From: an uncultured bacterium
Lineage (GTDB): Bacteria > Patescibacteriota > Dojkabacteria > J137
NCBI GenBank assembly: GCA_963700155.1
Contig: OY969472.1
Span: 517,059 to 581,058 of the forward strand
Length of the DNA: 64,000 nt
Reading direction: 5' to 3'
The position numbers were made by a program, and so were the translations under genes. This document shows, piece after piece, positions 49,050 through 58,999 of this stretch (positions within the stretch are counted from its first letter, which is position 1; each line of letters opens with the position of its first letter). The notes under the pieces were generated by a model that had not been told where the DNA came from, ran no database searches, and was given only the letters and a program-made list of their open reading frames with translations.

Positions 49050-49475
49050 ATGAGAATTGCAGTAATTGATGATAAACCTGATGATAATACAAAATGTATT
49101 TTAAAATTATTATTCAATCGAATAGGAGAAGATGTGGAATTTGTTGAAGCTGTCACTATTACTGAGGCGGAAGAATTGACAAGACAGATTTTGGATGGAC
49201 AAGTTGGAGTTGATTTTATAATTTGCGATAGAGAAATGGATAAGTCTAACTCTAAATTAACAGCAACAAAATTTGCGCGACAATTAAAGGAAAGAAATTT
49301 CCCAGTCATAACCTGGAGCTATGGTATTAATCCGATGCATCAAGATGCTGGTCATTATTTTGTAAATAAATTAAACTTTACAGATTGGTGTGAGTTTTTA
49401 ATTACTCAAGAGTTCTTAGATAAACTATCTGAATTAAAAAGTTTGAGAGAAAATAATGAAGTTAAATTTAATTAA
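49050..49475 (+). CDS. Stand-alone receiver (CheY-like) domain protein
   Basis: IAVIDD…DFIICD… pattern. 141 aa. Confidence 0.45.
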   Translation: MRIAVIDDKPDDNTKCILKLLFNRIGEDVEFVEAVTITEAEELTRQILDGQVGVDFIICDREMDKSNSKLTATKFARQLKERNFPVITWSYGINPMHQDAGHYFVNKLNFTDWCEFLITQEFLDKLSELKSLRENNEVKFN

Positions 49476-49521
49476 TGTCAAAACCACTAACAAACACAAA
49501 AATAAAAGCACTAAATAAAGA
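49474..49521 (+). repeat. 48-bp direct repeat, copy 1 (a duplicated 5' end of the spoU/trmH gene, encoding MSKPLTNTKIKALNK…)
   Basis: Identical over all 48 nt to 51243-51290 (aatgtcaaaaccactaacaaacacaaaaataaaagcactaaataaaga). Read as an ORF it gives 17 codons and then a stop. Confidence 0.85.
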
Positions 49522-50252
49522 TGAATAATCAAGAATTTCTAGAAAAAGATTTTGATTTAAAATATCTTAACATCGCACAATCTAATATCTTAGTGCGTAG
49601 AACACTTGATTTGATAAAATTACATAGAAATTCTCAAGTTTTTATTCTACTTGCTTACAGTGCTTCGCCATTCGAAATCTTAATAAGAAATTTGTGGAAG
49701 AAAGCATATCCTTATATTCAAATTCCCCAATTTATTCATCTTAATATAGGACATAAAACATCAATTGCAATGAGATTAAATGATAAAAGCTCTATAACTG
49801 ATATTGTAGATTATCAATCAAGATATTACTTAGAAGATGAGCTAAAAGATGTAAAGAATGTAACATTTGTTGATGATGTCTCTTATACTGGAGAAACAGA
49901 AGAACTGGTAAGAAACCTTATCAATTTTATCGATTCAAAGATAAATTCTAGTTATTTCCCTTTTATTCATGGTTCCTTATCTGGGTCACCAAGTACTGAA
50001 GAAATAGCTTTCTGGAATGATGATGAAGACTTTTCATCTAGAATTTTTATGCCTTGGAAGAAAAAAACACAGTTTGGTAGTACTAATTATGTTAATTGGT
50101 CCCCAATGGAAGATAGGAAGTATATTTTAAGTCATCAACCTGACTCGACTGATACTGAAAAATACGGGGTTGCTTCGGAAATAGAAGTAGAGTTAGAGAA
50201 AATTTCAAACTTATTAGATACAAATTTGGTTAAAAAATATTTATCTAGTTAA
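49521..50252 (+). CDS. Phosphoribosyltransferase (type I PRTase)-like protein
   Basis: VTFVDDVSYTGETEELV matches the PRPP-binding motif (hydrophobic-DD-x-x-TG-xT). 243 aa. Confidence 0.45.
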   Translation: MNNQEFLEKDFDLKYLNIAQSNILVRRTLDLIKLHRNSQVFILLAYSASPFEILIRNLWKKAYPYIQIPQFIHLNIGHKTSIAMRLNDKSSITDIVDYQSRYYLEDELKDVKNVTFVDDVSYTGETEELVRNLINFIDSKINSSYFPFIHGSLSGSPSTEEIAFWNDDEDFSSRIFMPWKKKTQFGSTNYVNWSPMEDRKYILSHQPDSTDTEKYGVASEIEVELEKISNLLDTNLVKKYLSS

Positions 50253-51241
50253 TGCCATTTATTATGATAAAAGCAGAAAGCTCCTCACCTGGAAAGTTAA
50301 TATTAGCCGGAGAGCATGTTGTTTTGTATGGTTATAAAGCATTAGCATTTCCTATTAATAAAAATACAAAAGTATTAGTTCAAGATTCTAACCATGAAAA
50401 TACAATAAAAATATATCTAAAAAATTTTAATAAAATTCTTCAAGTTACAAAAAGTAGAGTCCATAGAATCAATCTTAAAGATAAGAATACTTTAATAACT
50501 CTAAGGACCCTAAAGTTTTTCTTTGAAAGATTTCATGTAGATATTAATAACGGATTGGATTTATTTGTAAATTCTCAGATCCCTATTGGGGGATTTGGAT
50601 CTTCAACTTCTGTAAGTGCTTCAATTCTTAAAGCGTTTTTCAAAATGTTTAATATTGAAGTTAAAGATAAAGATCTTATAGATTATGTAATAGAGATTGA
50701 ATCTATTAATGGAATAAAGGTTAGCGGATTAGATCAGACAGTTATAGTTGAAAATTCTCCAATCTCTTTCATAAAAAAAGGAGAAATAAATTCATACAAA
50801 AAGATTTATCCCAAAAATAAATATATTAAAAATTGCGTAATAATAGATACGGGAAGACCAAATGAAGTTACAGGAGAAGTCGTAAAATTTATTAAGGAAC
50901 AGTATAATTCTGATTATAGAAATATCAAAATTGTATTTGATAATATTGGTAAGTATTGTTCAATTCTTGAAAGATTCGTTCAAGAGAGTGATACTTTGCA
51001 AATTCTAGATATTATTAGTTCCATTGGAGAAGAGCTAGTGAAATTAAAAATAGTTACTCCTTATTGTCAAGATATAATATCGGATTTAAAAAAACTTGGT
51101 GCAAGTTCAAAAATTTCCGGTGCTGGTGCTATCACTGGTAATGGATGCGGAGCTTTAATATGTTTTACAAATAATACTAGTCCAGTTATTAAATATTTAG
51201 ATTCAAGAAACATTAAATATTTTATTACTAACCTATTTTAA
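50252..51241 (+). CDS. GHMP kinase, mevalonate-kinase-like
   Basis: N-terminal SPGKLILAGEHVVLYGYKALAFPIN (compare MVK APGKVILFGEHAVV) and ATP motif PIGGFGSSTSVSA. 329 aa. TAATG overlap with the upstream gene. Confidence 0.6.
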   Translation: MPFIMIKAESSSPGKLILAGEHVVLYGYKALAFPINKNTKVLVQDSNHENTIKIYLKNFNKILQVTKSRVHRINLKDKNTLITLRTLKFFFERFHVDINNGLDLFVNSQIPIGGFGSSTSVSASILKAFFKMFNIEVKDKDLIDYVIEIESINGIKVSGLDQTVIVENSPISFIKKGEINSYKKIYPKNKYIKNCVIIDTGRPNEVTGEVVKFIKEQYNSDYRNIKIVFDNIGKYCSILERFVQESDTLQILDIISSIGEELVKLKIVTPYCQDIISDLKKLGASSKISGAGAITGNGCGALICFTNNTSPVIKYLDSRNIKYFITNLF

Positions 51242-51242
51242 G

Positions 51243-51290
51243 AATGTCAAAACCACTAACAAACACAAAAATAAAAGCACTAAATAAAGA
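51243..51290 (+). repeat. 48-bp direct repeat, copy 2 (authentic 5' end of the spoU/trmH gene)
   Basis: Identical to 49474-49521. Confidence 0.85.
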
Positions 51291-51774
51291 ATTTTCAAAA
51301 AATATTCCACAAGATTTGGAACTAATTTTTATACTTCAAGATGTAGAAGATCCATATAATGTCGGAAGCATATTTAGAACTGCTGATGCTTGTGGAGCTG
51401 GAATAATATTAACTGGAAATACACCAACTCCAGGAAAAACTCCTGAAATTTCAAAAAATTCTATGGGAATGGAGCGGAAAGTAGATTGGCAGTATTATGA
51501 AAATATTGAAGAAGTAATCGGGAGTTTAAAACAAAATGGTTTTGATATTGTAGGAATAGAAGTTACAGAAGATGCTGTGTCATACGATGAATATGCTTAC
51601 AAACGCAGAACTGCATTAGTACTGGGGAATGAAGCCATTGGGATTTATAAGAAAAATCTGGGCCTTTGCAATAAAATTGTATACATTCCAATGCTGGGCA
51701 AAGGCCCCTCTCTCAACGTAAATATAGCCGGAGCTATTGTAGGGTATGAGATAATTAGTAAGAATAAATCTTAA
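51244..51774 (+). CDS. SpoU/TrmH-family RNA 2'-O-methyltransferase (SPOUT)
   Basis: DPYNVGSIFRTADACGAGIIL…N…IPM…SLNV motifs. 176 aa. Confidence 0.75.
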   Translation: MSKPLTNTKIKALNKEFSKNIPQDLELIFILQDVEDPYNVGSIFRTADACGAGIILTGNTPTPGKTPEISKNSMGMERKVDWQYYENIEEVIGSLKQNGFDIVGIEVTEDAVSYDEYAYKRRTALVLGNEAIGIYKKNLGLCNKIVYIPMLGKGPSLNVNIAGAIVGYEIISKNKS

Positions 51775-51784
51775 TCAATTAATA

Positions 51785-52252
51785 ATGGCTTTAATCGATA
51801 ATCCGCCTGGGAGTTATGAAGCATATAGAAGTGATCTATTAGTCCAAAGATATGAGTTGATTCGAAGGCTTAAAGAACTTAGAGATAAAAGCTATGCTCC
51901 TTCAAAGATTTTAAATTTATTAATAACTAGTCTTTCAGTATTTGTAAAAGATGAGGAACTAATGTCTCGAGATGAGCTAGTAAATTTTCATAAATCATAT
52001 TCGAACGAAGGTTGGGTTGCAGCTTATGTAGAATTATATGTAAAGTTAAGAGTATTGCGTATGAATCTACAGGCTAGGGGATTTCCTTTTAACGTAGAAT
52101 CTGATCTAAGAAAAACTATTGCAGAGTTGATAAAAAGCTCGACTAATACTCCAACACCTAGAACTCGTAACTTTTTCAGGGAGTATAAGCAAAGTTTAGA
52201 TAGTTTATATAAATTAGTGATAATGATCCCAAGAAATTATGATGAGATTTAA
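51785..52252 (+). CDS. Hypothetical protein (155 aa)
   Basis: ORF only. Confidence 0.4.
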   Translation: MALIDNPPGSYEAYRSDLLVQRYELIRRLKELRDKSYAPSKILNLLITSLSVFVKDEELMSRDELVNFHKSYSNEGWVAAYVELYVKLRVLRMNLQARGFPFNVESDLRKTIAELIKSSTNTPTPRTRNFFREYKQSLDSLYKLVIMIPRNYDEI

Positions 52253-52277
52253 TAATCAGGTATAATTCATAGCACAT

Positions 52278-52363
52278 GGAGGGTTGCTGGAGTGGTCTAA
52301 CAGGCCCGTCTCGAAAACGGGAATCCAGAAATGGATACACAGGTTCAAATCCTGTACCCTCCG
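52278..52363 (+). tRNA. tRNA-Ser (anticodon CGA), type II with long variable arm
   Basis: Acceptor ggagggt/accctcc, 3-bp D-stem, anticodon stem cccgt/acggg with loop ctCGAaa, variable-arm hairpin tcca/tgga, T-loop ttcaaat, discriminator G73. Confidence 0.8.
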
Positions 52364-52394
52364 AATAAATCTTACCTGAATAAATATTCTTTAT

Positions 52395-54164
52395 TTGATG
52401 AAATCTAAGTTCAACTTAATTACTAACTTTCTTTATAATCATAAAAAAGGTATTTTATTCATACTTGTAGTATTAACCGTTCTATTTATTTTCTTTAGAC
52501 TTCCAAACAATATTCTTCTAGGAACTTCTGGTGATAGTGGGATTATAAATTACACAATAATTGATAATATCCAGAAAATTAAGAATGGGCAATTTAGCGA
52601 GTTAATTAACAGGTACATTTTTTATCCGGAAAGTAATACTCTTGCTTTCACTGACTCATTTTTGCTGCATAGTTTGATTGGATTACCTTACTACTTATTA
52701 ACAAATAATGTTTTTGGGACATACAATTTCATTTTTATTGTGCAGATTCTAATAGCAGCTAGTGGTTTTTACTTTTTAGCAAAAAAGTTTACAAAAAATA
52801 TATTTTTAATAACTTTTGCAGGTTTGTTTTATCTTTTCCTCCCAGCATTTATAGGAACTCATCCGCAAATTAATTTTTATGGATTTATTCCATGGATGGT
52901 TTTTTTTGTCATTGAGTTTATAGAGCGTAAACAAATTCGCTTTTTATATTTATCTTCTCTGGCATTCTTTTTACAAGCGTTGGTAGGCATTTATTTGCAG
53001 GTATTTATGTTTATTTTTACTCCCGTGTTTTTATTTGGAGCAATTTATTATTTATACCGTAAGAGAATCCTTAAGAAATTTATAAATAAGAAAATACTAA
53101 TAAATATTGGACTTATCATAATAATTTTAGGAATATTGTTTTTCATAATTAATAAACCATACTTAGATTTCAAGTCTGAATACGACACTGTAAGAACTCC
53201 AGAAGAGATTTTGTTTTATGCTCCTCATGCATTATTAAGTTATTTTTTACCAAATAGAACTTCAGCTTTTGGAGATGTTATAAAAAATATATTTCAGATT
53301 CCACAGCCACAAAGCTCAGAAGGCAATTTATTTTTAGGTTTTACTGGAGTTCTTTTGTGGATTGGATCTTTAGTTGTTGTATTAATATCTTTGATAAAAC
53401 CTAAATTGAAAAAAACTTTACCTAACAAAACGATATTGTTTGCTTTAATAGGCTTTATTACTCTTGTTTGGGTTTTGAGTTTAGGAACCTATTTAAAATT
53501 TCCTTTGCCTGGTAATGTGATGATCCCTCTTCCTTATTTGCTTTTATATAATTTAAGTTCTGTCTTTGGAGCTATTCGAGCAACTGGACGAATGGTAGTA
53601 CTTATGGCTTTACCTTTATCTTTACTTATTTTAGTTTGGGGTGAATTTTTGCTTAAGAAAAAATCTAGGCTGGCACATATTATATTAATATTTATATTTG
53701 GTTTAATAATTCTCGATATTTTTAAGATTCATAGTTTACAAACTTTACCTGAACTACCTATTTCTTTATATCAACAAGTTGAAAATCTTCCAGGAAAGAC
53801 TTTTTTAGAGCTTCCAAGTGGATACCAATGTGAAAAGCTGAAAGTTTATAAAAATTGTGATTCAATAGAGGATGATTTTTATATGTTTATGCACATTTAT
53901 CATAATAAATGGCTAATTGGAGGGTATAGCGGATATACTCCGGAAAATACTATTAATATTATGAATAATATTGATCAGTTTTCTGTTGATTCTAAAAAGT
54001 TAGATAAATACTTGGAAAGTATTCCTGTTGATGTAATTTTGATTGATTACTCTAAGATTCCAGATTCTGTAAGAGGTAATTTTAAGAATTTTAATAACTT
54101 GAAAGACTATTCTGTAGTAGAAGCGGGTGATGAAAATTATTTATTATTAACACGAGTTTTATAG
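52395..54164 (+). CDS. Large polytopic membrane protein (possible membrane glycosyltransferase/YfhO-like)
   Basis: More than 10 TM helices. 589 aa. Function unassigned. Confidence 0.4.
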   Translation: MMKSKFNLITNFLYNHKKGILFILVVLTVLFIFFRLPNNILLGTSGDSGIINYTIIDNIQKIKNGQFSELINRYIFYPESNTLAFTDSFLLHSLIGLPYYLLTNNVFGTYNFIFIVQILIAASGFYFLAKKFTKNIFLITFAGLFYLFLPAFIGTHPQINFYGFIPWMVFFVIEFIERKQIRFLYLSSLAFFLQALVGIYLQVFMFIFTPVFLFGAIYYLYRKRILKKFINKKILINIGLIIIILGILFFIINKPYLDFKSEYDTVRTPEEILFYAPHALLSYFLPNRTSAFGDVIKNIFQIPQPQSSEGNLFLGFTGVLLWIGSLVVVLISLIKPKLKKTLPNKTILFALIGFITLVWVLSLGTYLKFPLPGNVMIPLPYLLLYNLSSVFGAIRATGRMVVLMALPLSLLILVWGEFLLKKKSRLAHIILIFIFGLIILDIFKIHSLQTLPELPISLYQQVENLPGKTFLELPSGYQCEKLKVYKNCDSIEDDFYMFMHIYHNKWLIGGYSGYTPENTINIMNNIDQFSVDSKKLDKYLESIPVDVILIDYSKIPDSVRGNFKNFNNLKDYSVVEAGDENYLLLTRVL

Positions 54165-54189
54165 TAATAAATCTGGAGTATAATTATTT

Positions 54190-54393
54190 ATGGCTAGTAA
54201 TTTTAATCTAAACAAAATAGCTCGAATCATTTTGATATTAGGGAACTTAACGTTTCTTCTTTGGATTATTTGGAATGGGATTGATGAAGGTGCACAAGGT
54301 GTAACAATTATTCAATTAGCATCGTACTTAAGTTTAATGACTCTTCTTATTTTGAATATAATTTTTTTAATTTTAGGGAATAAAAATAGTTAG
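54190..54393 (+). CDS. Small 2-TM membrane protein
   Basis: Hydrophobic 67-aa ORF. Confidence 0.3.
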   Translation: MASNFNLNKIARIILILGNLTFLLWIIWNGIDEGAQGVTIIQLASYLSLMTLLILNIIFLILGNKNS

Positions 54394-54488
54394 GCTGCTA
54401 CAATTATTTCTCAATAACCTCTTATAGATGTATTCCTATTTCTTTATTGCTATAATCCCAATATACTAATCTCTAAATTAAATTTTAT

Positions 54489-54911
54489 ATGAGGAATAAA
54501 TTATTAGGTGCATCTCTATCTTTTTTATTTGGTCTTGTTGCAGCAATTCCATGGGTAATTTTAAATTATTTTGGTTGGATAGCATCAATAGCTGCATATC
54601 TAATAGGACTAGCATCTTATAAGGGATATGTTAAAGGAAACGGAAGTTTTGATAGTTTTGGAAAAATTTGTATTATTTTGATCATATTGTTTACAGTCCC
54701 AGGTGCTATTTTAGTCTCTATTTTTATATCTGCATTGCAATATGGCTTTAATTTTACAGAGTCACTAGCAGCTACTTTCTTTGTATTTTTTGAATATTTT
54801 GTAGATTATCTTCCTAGTATTTTAATTGGATATTTTATGGCTGGACTTGGAACTTATGAATTTTTCTTGCCGAATCGAAAACAAAAAGCAAAGACATTAG
54901 AAATAAACTAG
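54489..54911 (+). CDS. Hypothetical membrane protein (140 aa)
   Basis: 4 TM helices. Confidence 0.35.
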   Translation: MRNKLLGASLSFLFGLVAAIPWVILNYFGWIASIAAYLIGLASYKGYVKGNGSFDSFGKICIILIILFTVPGAILVSIFISALQYGFNFTESLAATFFVFFEYFVDYLPSILIGYFMAGLGTYEFFLPNRKQKAKTLEIN

Positions 54912-54920
54912 TTTTATCAA

Positions 54921-55442
54921 GTGAAAATTATGAATGATACCAAGTATATTTTAAAGCAAAAACTGACAGTAAAAAATTTATTCATAGTTAATAACTTATA
55001 TCCTTTTTATAAAACTAGAGTATTTTTAATGATCATCTTATTCTATTTCATTATTATTTCGATAATAATATTTACTGAAATTGATATTAATATTTTTTCA
55101 ACATTAGGGTTAATAGTTGCAGTACTAACACTATTATTACTAAGTATTATATTAACAATCTTTATTGTAGAGGTTAATTTTATAATTGGCTTGATTGCTA
55201 GATTTAAAAATTTGAATACTGAAGATGAAACAATACTGACAGGAAGTGAGGTAATATCAAGAAATGCTTATGGAGAAATGAAGTATAATTATAATTCAGT
55301 TAACAGATTTCAAAGTATAGGTAAGTTTTTCTTTTTAATCCCGAAATCAACATATACTAATTTCCTATACTTTACTGTAGAAGATCGTAGGCTTAGGAAA
55401 GAGGTTAGAAGTTTTTTACAAGATAAGACATCTAATACTTAA
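54921..55442 (+). CDS. Hypothetical membrane protein (173 aa)
   Basis: TM helices followed by a soluble C-terminal domain. Confidence 0.35.
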   Translation: MKIMNDTKYILKQKLTVKNLFIVNNLYPFYKTRVFLMIILFYFIIISIIIFTEIDINIFSTLGLIVAVLTLLLLSIILTIFIVEVNFIIGLIARFKNLNTEDETILTGSEVISRNAYGEMKYNYNSVNRFQSIGKFFFLIPKSTYTNFLYFTVEDRRLRKEVRSFLQDKTSNT

Positions 55443-56014
55443 GGATACTTTATATATTCATCCTCTTTACTTTTTGGAAGATATTCAGAAACCTCAACAT
55501 GCCTACCATGAATCAATCTCATCAATGGATTAAATCCTATTTCCTCTCTTTCACCATAATCCAAATACTGAATCAAAATTTTAAAAATCTCCTTATCATC
55601 ACCATCATTAACAATTAGTGACACCCTCTTTACATAATTTGGATTTTCATCCTCTGCAACCTCAAGATTCAAAAATTTAGTATTTTCTTTCTCAGAAAAC
55701 CAAAAATGCTTTATATTTCTCCATCTAAAAAGCTTATTAAAACTTCGGATTCCAAGAGTAGTAATAGTATGCTCAACAATCTGTGGAGGGATTGCACCTT
55801 GAATAAACCATAAAAACACAAACGCAACAACAGCAACAATCAACACATATTCACTAACTAAAGCTAAAAGTCCGATTATGACAACAAAAAAGAAAGAATA
55901 TGAAACATACCACTGCTTTGTTTTTGGTGACCACATTCTTTCCGGAGACTCCCAAGTAAACAACTTAGTAAAAGGATTCTCAGGATCTATTTCTGTGAAT
56001 AATTTAGGTTTCAT
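55439..56014 (-). CDS. Hypothetical membrane protein (bPH/YdbT-like topology)
   Basis: Two adjacent TM helices then a soluble domain. Confidence 0.35.
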   Translation of the reverse strand: MKPKLFTEIDPENPFTKLFTWESPERMWSPKTKQWYVSYSFFFVVIIGLLALVSEYVLIVAVVAFVFLWFIQGAIPPQIVEHTITTLGIRSFNKLFRWRNIKHFWFSEKENTKFLNLEVAEDENPNYVKRVSLIVNDGDDKEIFKILIQYLDYGEREEIGFNPLMRLIHGRHVEVSEYLPKSKEDEYIKYP

Positions 56015-56070
56015 ACTTTTACAGTATACAGCAAGTAGAAAGTAGTTTACAGAATTAAACTCTTCAATTT

Positions 56071-57948
56071 TTATCCAAATGGAGATTTTAGTTTTATATT
56101 ATCTTCCTCTTTTTCCTTAGTCTTAGTTTTAACATCTTTAACTTCATTCTTTTTATGCTTTCTTTTCCTGACTCGTAAAATAATGAAGATCAAGATTATA
56201 GCGATAGGAACTGCTTCTATTATAGTTTTAACAACACTTCTTAAAGAATTATCAGGAACAATATTAAAGAGAAGAGAATCAATCCTTTGATCAATTGAAT
56301 AAGTAAAGAGGTTTATTGAACTAGTTGCATCTGAAAGAACCTGCCAGATAGAGGTATTTTTTGGATATTTTTGGATTAGGTCATCTTCAGTCATCGCATT
56401 CTTTGTCTTTGTTACAGCACTATCGGCAGGTTCTATATCATCTTCTCTTTGCGGAACATCCAAGCTCCCATAAAATGAAACTTCTGTTGAACTCGGAGTA
56501 TTTGGATCAACCGAAGCTACATGTGTATAAAAATGGTTTAAATCTCCTCCAATAACTGCAGGACCATTTTCACCCCAAGTTGTATCAACCGGAATCCATG
56601 AATTGATTCCAGGAACATAAACTTCTGCCCATTGGTGGTTTATTGTATTGTCCTGAGTTGAGAGATAATCAATTGCTGAATATGCGTGCCCAAAAGCTCC
56701 TCGGGCAGGAACTCCCATTGCACGCATCAATGCAATAAATAAATCCGAATATTCCATACAGACGCCTGAACCGTTTTGCAAAGTTGCTAATGCTCCTTGT
56801 CTTTGATTTAATCCGAACCTTTTAACATTGTCGTAGTCAATTTTATCTACAACAAATTTGTATGTTTTATCCACTAAATTATATACATTAGTCTCTGAAC
56901 CTTTGATAGTGTTTGCAGCTTGTTGGATCTGAATAGCTGCGCTTTCCCAGTATTTAGCATTTGCCAGATCTGTTTGAAATTCAGATTTATTAACATCAGA
57001 TAAATTTCCTGAGTCATTTGGATTTAACTTTAGATTCTGATCTAAAATTCCATATCCTTTAACTTCAATTGTTCCAGATGCATTTGAAGGGACTCTGAAT
57101 TCTGCAATTAAATTCCCATCAGAGTCTTCATAAACAGTTGTTGGTTCTGGATCTAACTTTGTGAAGTACACTTTTTGATTTATATGCCCCGATTTTATAT
57201 TTCTTGGCAGTATTATTTTATATGTATTATATGGGAATGGGATTGTTGTACTTGGTGTGTATGGCTGTTTTAAATCAAAAGAGTAGTATTGAGTTTTTCC
57301 GATTTGGATCCATCCAGTTTCTCCAACAAGCTGCTCCTGATTATAGTCTACGACCCAGAAATTATTTGATTTTTTTATTCCTACTTCCGGTGCAGTAAAG
57401 TTAATCTCGCCAAAATTCGTAGGAATTTTGGCTTCGGTAGTAACAGTTTCTTTAGAATTCCCACTTTCAAAGACATAATCTTTTGAAAAAGCTGGAATAT
57501 AAAAGTCTCGAATTGCTCCGCTTTTTATCAAAAGCCCATAAGAAATATAGCTTAGAGTAACTTTATATGAATTCCCATAGTTAATATTAGAAGGGAATCT
57601 TATAATAATTTGTAAGTTGTCACCTGAGGTTTTCTGTGATTCATAACTAAGCTTTATGCCATAGCTATCAATAATGCTAATAGAGTTCAATGTCTTTTGT
57701 AGTTTATTAGATTGCTTTGGGTCTCCTTTAAAAGGATTGAAAATTATGAATGATTCTTCGGTTCCTGCTGGTATGTACCATGAAGATTGAGTGATATTAA
57801 TCGTTTTGGTTTCAGTAACCTTAACTGAATCATCTTGAGCTTCATAAACTCTATCATATTGCTTATTAATTATCGCAGCTTTTACCTTTATAGAAAAAAA
57901 GGTAAGCATTACTGGAACAGCTAGAATTATGAAAAGATATTTTTTCAT
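56071..57948 (-). CDS. Secreted transglutaminase-like cysteine protease domain protein with C-terminal TM anchor
   Basis: Signal peptide. Core motif GSGVCMEYSDLFIALMRAMGVPAR…HQWAEVYVPG…PVDTTWG gives a Cys-His-Asp triad. C-terminal TM plus a Lys-rich tail. Confidence 0.7.
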   Translation of the reverse strand: MKKYLFIILAVPVMLTFFSIKVKAAIINKQYDRVYEAQDDSVKVTETKTINITQSSWYIPAGTEESFIIFNPFKGDPKQSNKLQKTLNSISIIDSYGIKLSYESQKTSGDNLQIIIRFPSNINYGNSYKVTLSYISYGLLIKSGAIRDFYIPAFSKDYVFESGNSKETVTTEAKIPTNFGEINFTAPEVGIKKSNNFWVVDYNQEQLVGETGWIQIGKTQYYSFDLKQPYTPSTTIPFPYNTYKIILPRNIKSGHINQKVYFTKLDPEPTTVYEDSDGNLIAEFRVPSNASGTIEVKGYGILDQNLKLNPNDSGNLSDVNKSEFQTDLANAKYWESAAIQIQQAANTIKGSETNVYNLVDKTYKFVVDKIDYDNVKRFGLNQRQGALATLQNGSGVCMEYSDLFIALMRAMGVPARGAFGHAYSAIDYLSTQDNTINHQWAEVYVPGINSWIPVDTTWGENGPAVIGGDLNHFYTHVASVDPNTPSSTEVSFYGSLDVPQREDDIEPADSAVTKTKNAMTEDDLIQKYPKNTSIWQVLSDATSSINLFTYSIDQRIDSLLFNIVPDNSLRSVVKTIIEAVPIAIILIFIILRVRKRKHKKNEVKDVKTKTKEKEEDNIKLKSPFG

Positions 57949-58034
57949 CTGTTTATTATCTCATTAAATTATCCTGATAGACAATTATAAAGATAATTTG
58001 TTAACATCCATAGCAAAATAAGATTGATTTTATT

Positions 58035-58445
58035 ATGGAAGGAACAAAACTAACAAATCTTAAATCCGGATTGGTTCAAATAGAAAGATTTAATGATAGA
58101 CAAAGGATAATGTTTATAGAAAACCCAGATCTGTATAGATTTTTAATTAATGTTTGCCAAGATCAATATAAAAGAAAAGACACTATACGATATAAAGATG
58201 AAATAATTTATAGACATTACATTAAAGAAGCTGAGGTTAAATTATGGAGAGTATTGCGATTAATAGAAAATATTCCGAATATTGTAAATTTGAGAGATGA
58301 AGGAATAAAGCAAAGGGATCTTCTTGGAATGTACTTTTCTGAAGCAATTTTACCAATTTTATCTGAAATTAATCCTCTTGTTTTAGCATTTATATGTAGT
58401 AATAGAGAAGAACAAATGGAAAATGTTTTGCAAAAAGAAGCGTAA
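58035..58445 (+). CDS. Small hypothetical protein, tandem paralog family member 1 (136 aa)
   Basis: Shares a C-terminal block with the next two genes: …YFSEAILPILSEINPLVLAFI. Confidence 0.45.
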   Translation: MEGTKLTNLKSGLVQIERFNDRQRIMFIENPDLYRFLINVCQDQYKRKDTIRYKDEIIYRHYIKEAEVKLWRVLRLIENIPNIVNLRDEGIKQRDLLGMYFSEAILPILSEINPLVLAFICSNREEQMENVLQKEA

Positions 58446-58507
58446 AAAGCAGGGAAGAAATTTTGCTTGAGGTGTTAATATTTAAATAGATTTATTAAGA
58501 AAATTTT

Positions 58508-58945
58508 ATGTCAGATACAAGAATGGATGAACAATGTCATGAGAATAGATTGAATTTAGGTCTAACGAATTTTAATGAGTTAAACTCAAATCAAAAGTCA
58601 TACTTAATTAAACATCCAGTTATTTACCAGCAGTTATCTACAATTTGTATCGATGCAGCTATGGGTAATATTGATGAGATTTTATCTATTGAATTCAGAA
58701 AAGCTGCACAAGTATTCGACAGGATTATTGATGCTATAGCTTTTCAATTTACATATATATACTCAAAATACAACCCTGGAGAAGAAAGCTTTGCAGATTT
58801 CTTTGATATAACAATAAGAGATATTCTTGTTAAAGGAAATATATCTCCAGAAGTAATAGAACTATTAAATAGTGACTCTGTATTGGAAAGAATAATTAAA
58901 GCTCTCGAAGATGAGAATCCTGGAACTCAAATTCCTGAGTGTTGA
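58508..58945 (+). CDS. Small hypothetical protein, tandem paralog family member 2 (145 aa)
   Basis: …FFDITIRDILVKGNISPEVIELL. Confidence 0.45.
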   Translation: MSDTRMDEQCHENRLNLGLTNFNELNSNQKSYLIKHPVIYQQLSTICIDAAMGNIDEILSIEFRKAAQVFDRIIDAIAFQFTYIYSKYNPGEESFADFFDITIRDILVKGNISPEVIELLNSDSVLERIIKALEDENPGTQIPEC

Positions 58946-58999
58946 ATATAGCTAAGTATAAATGCTAATATCCCAGTATATTTGTAAAACAATTAAATT

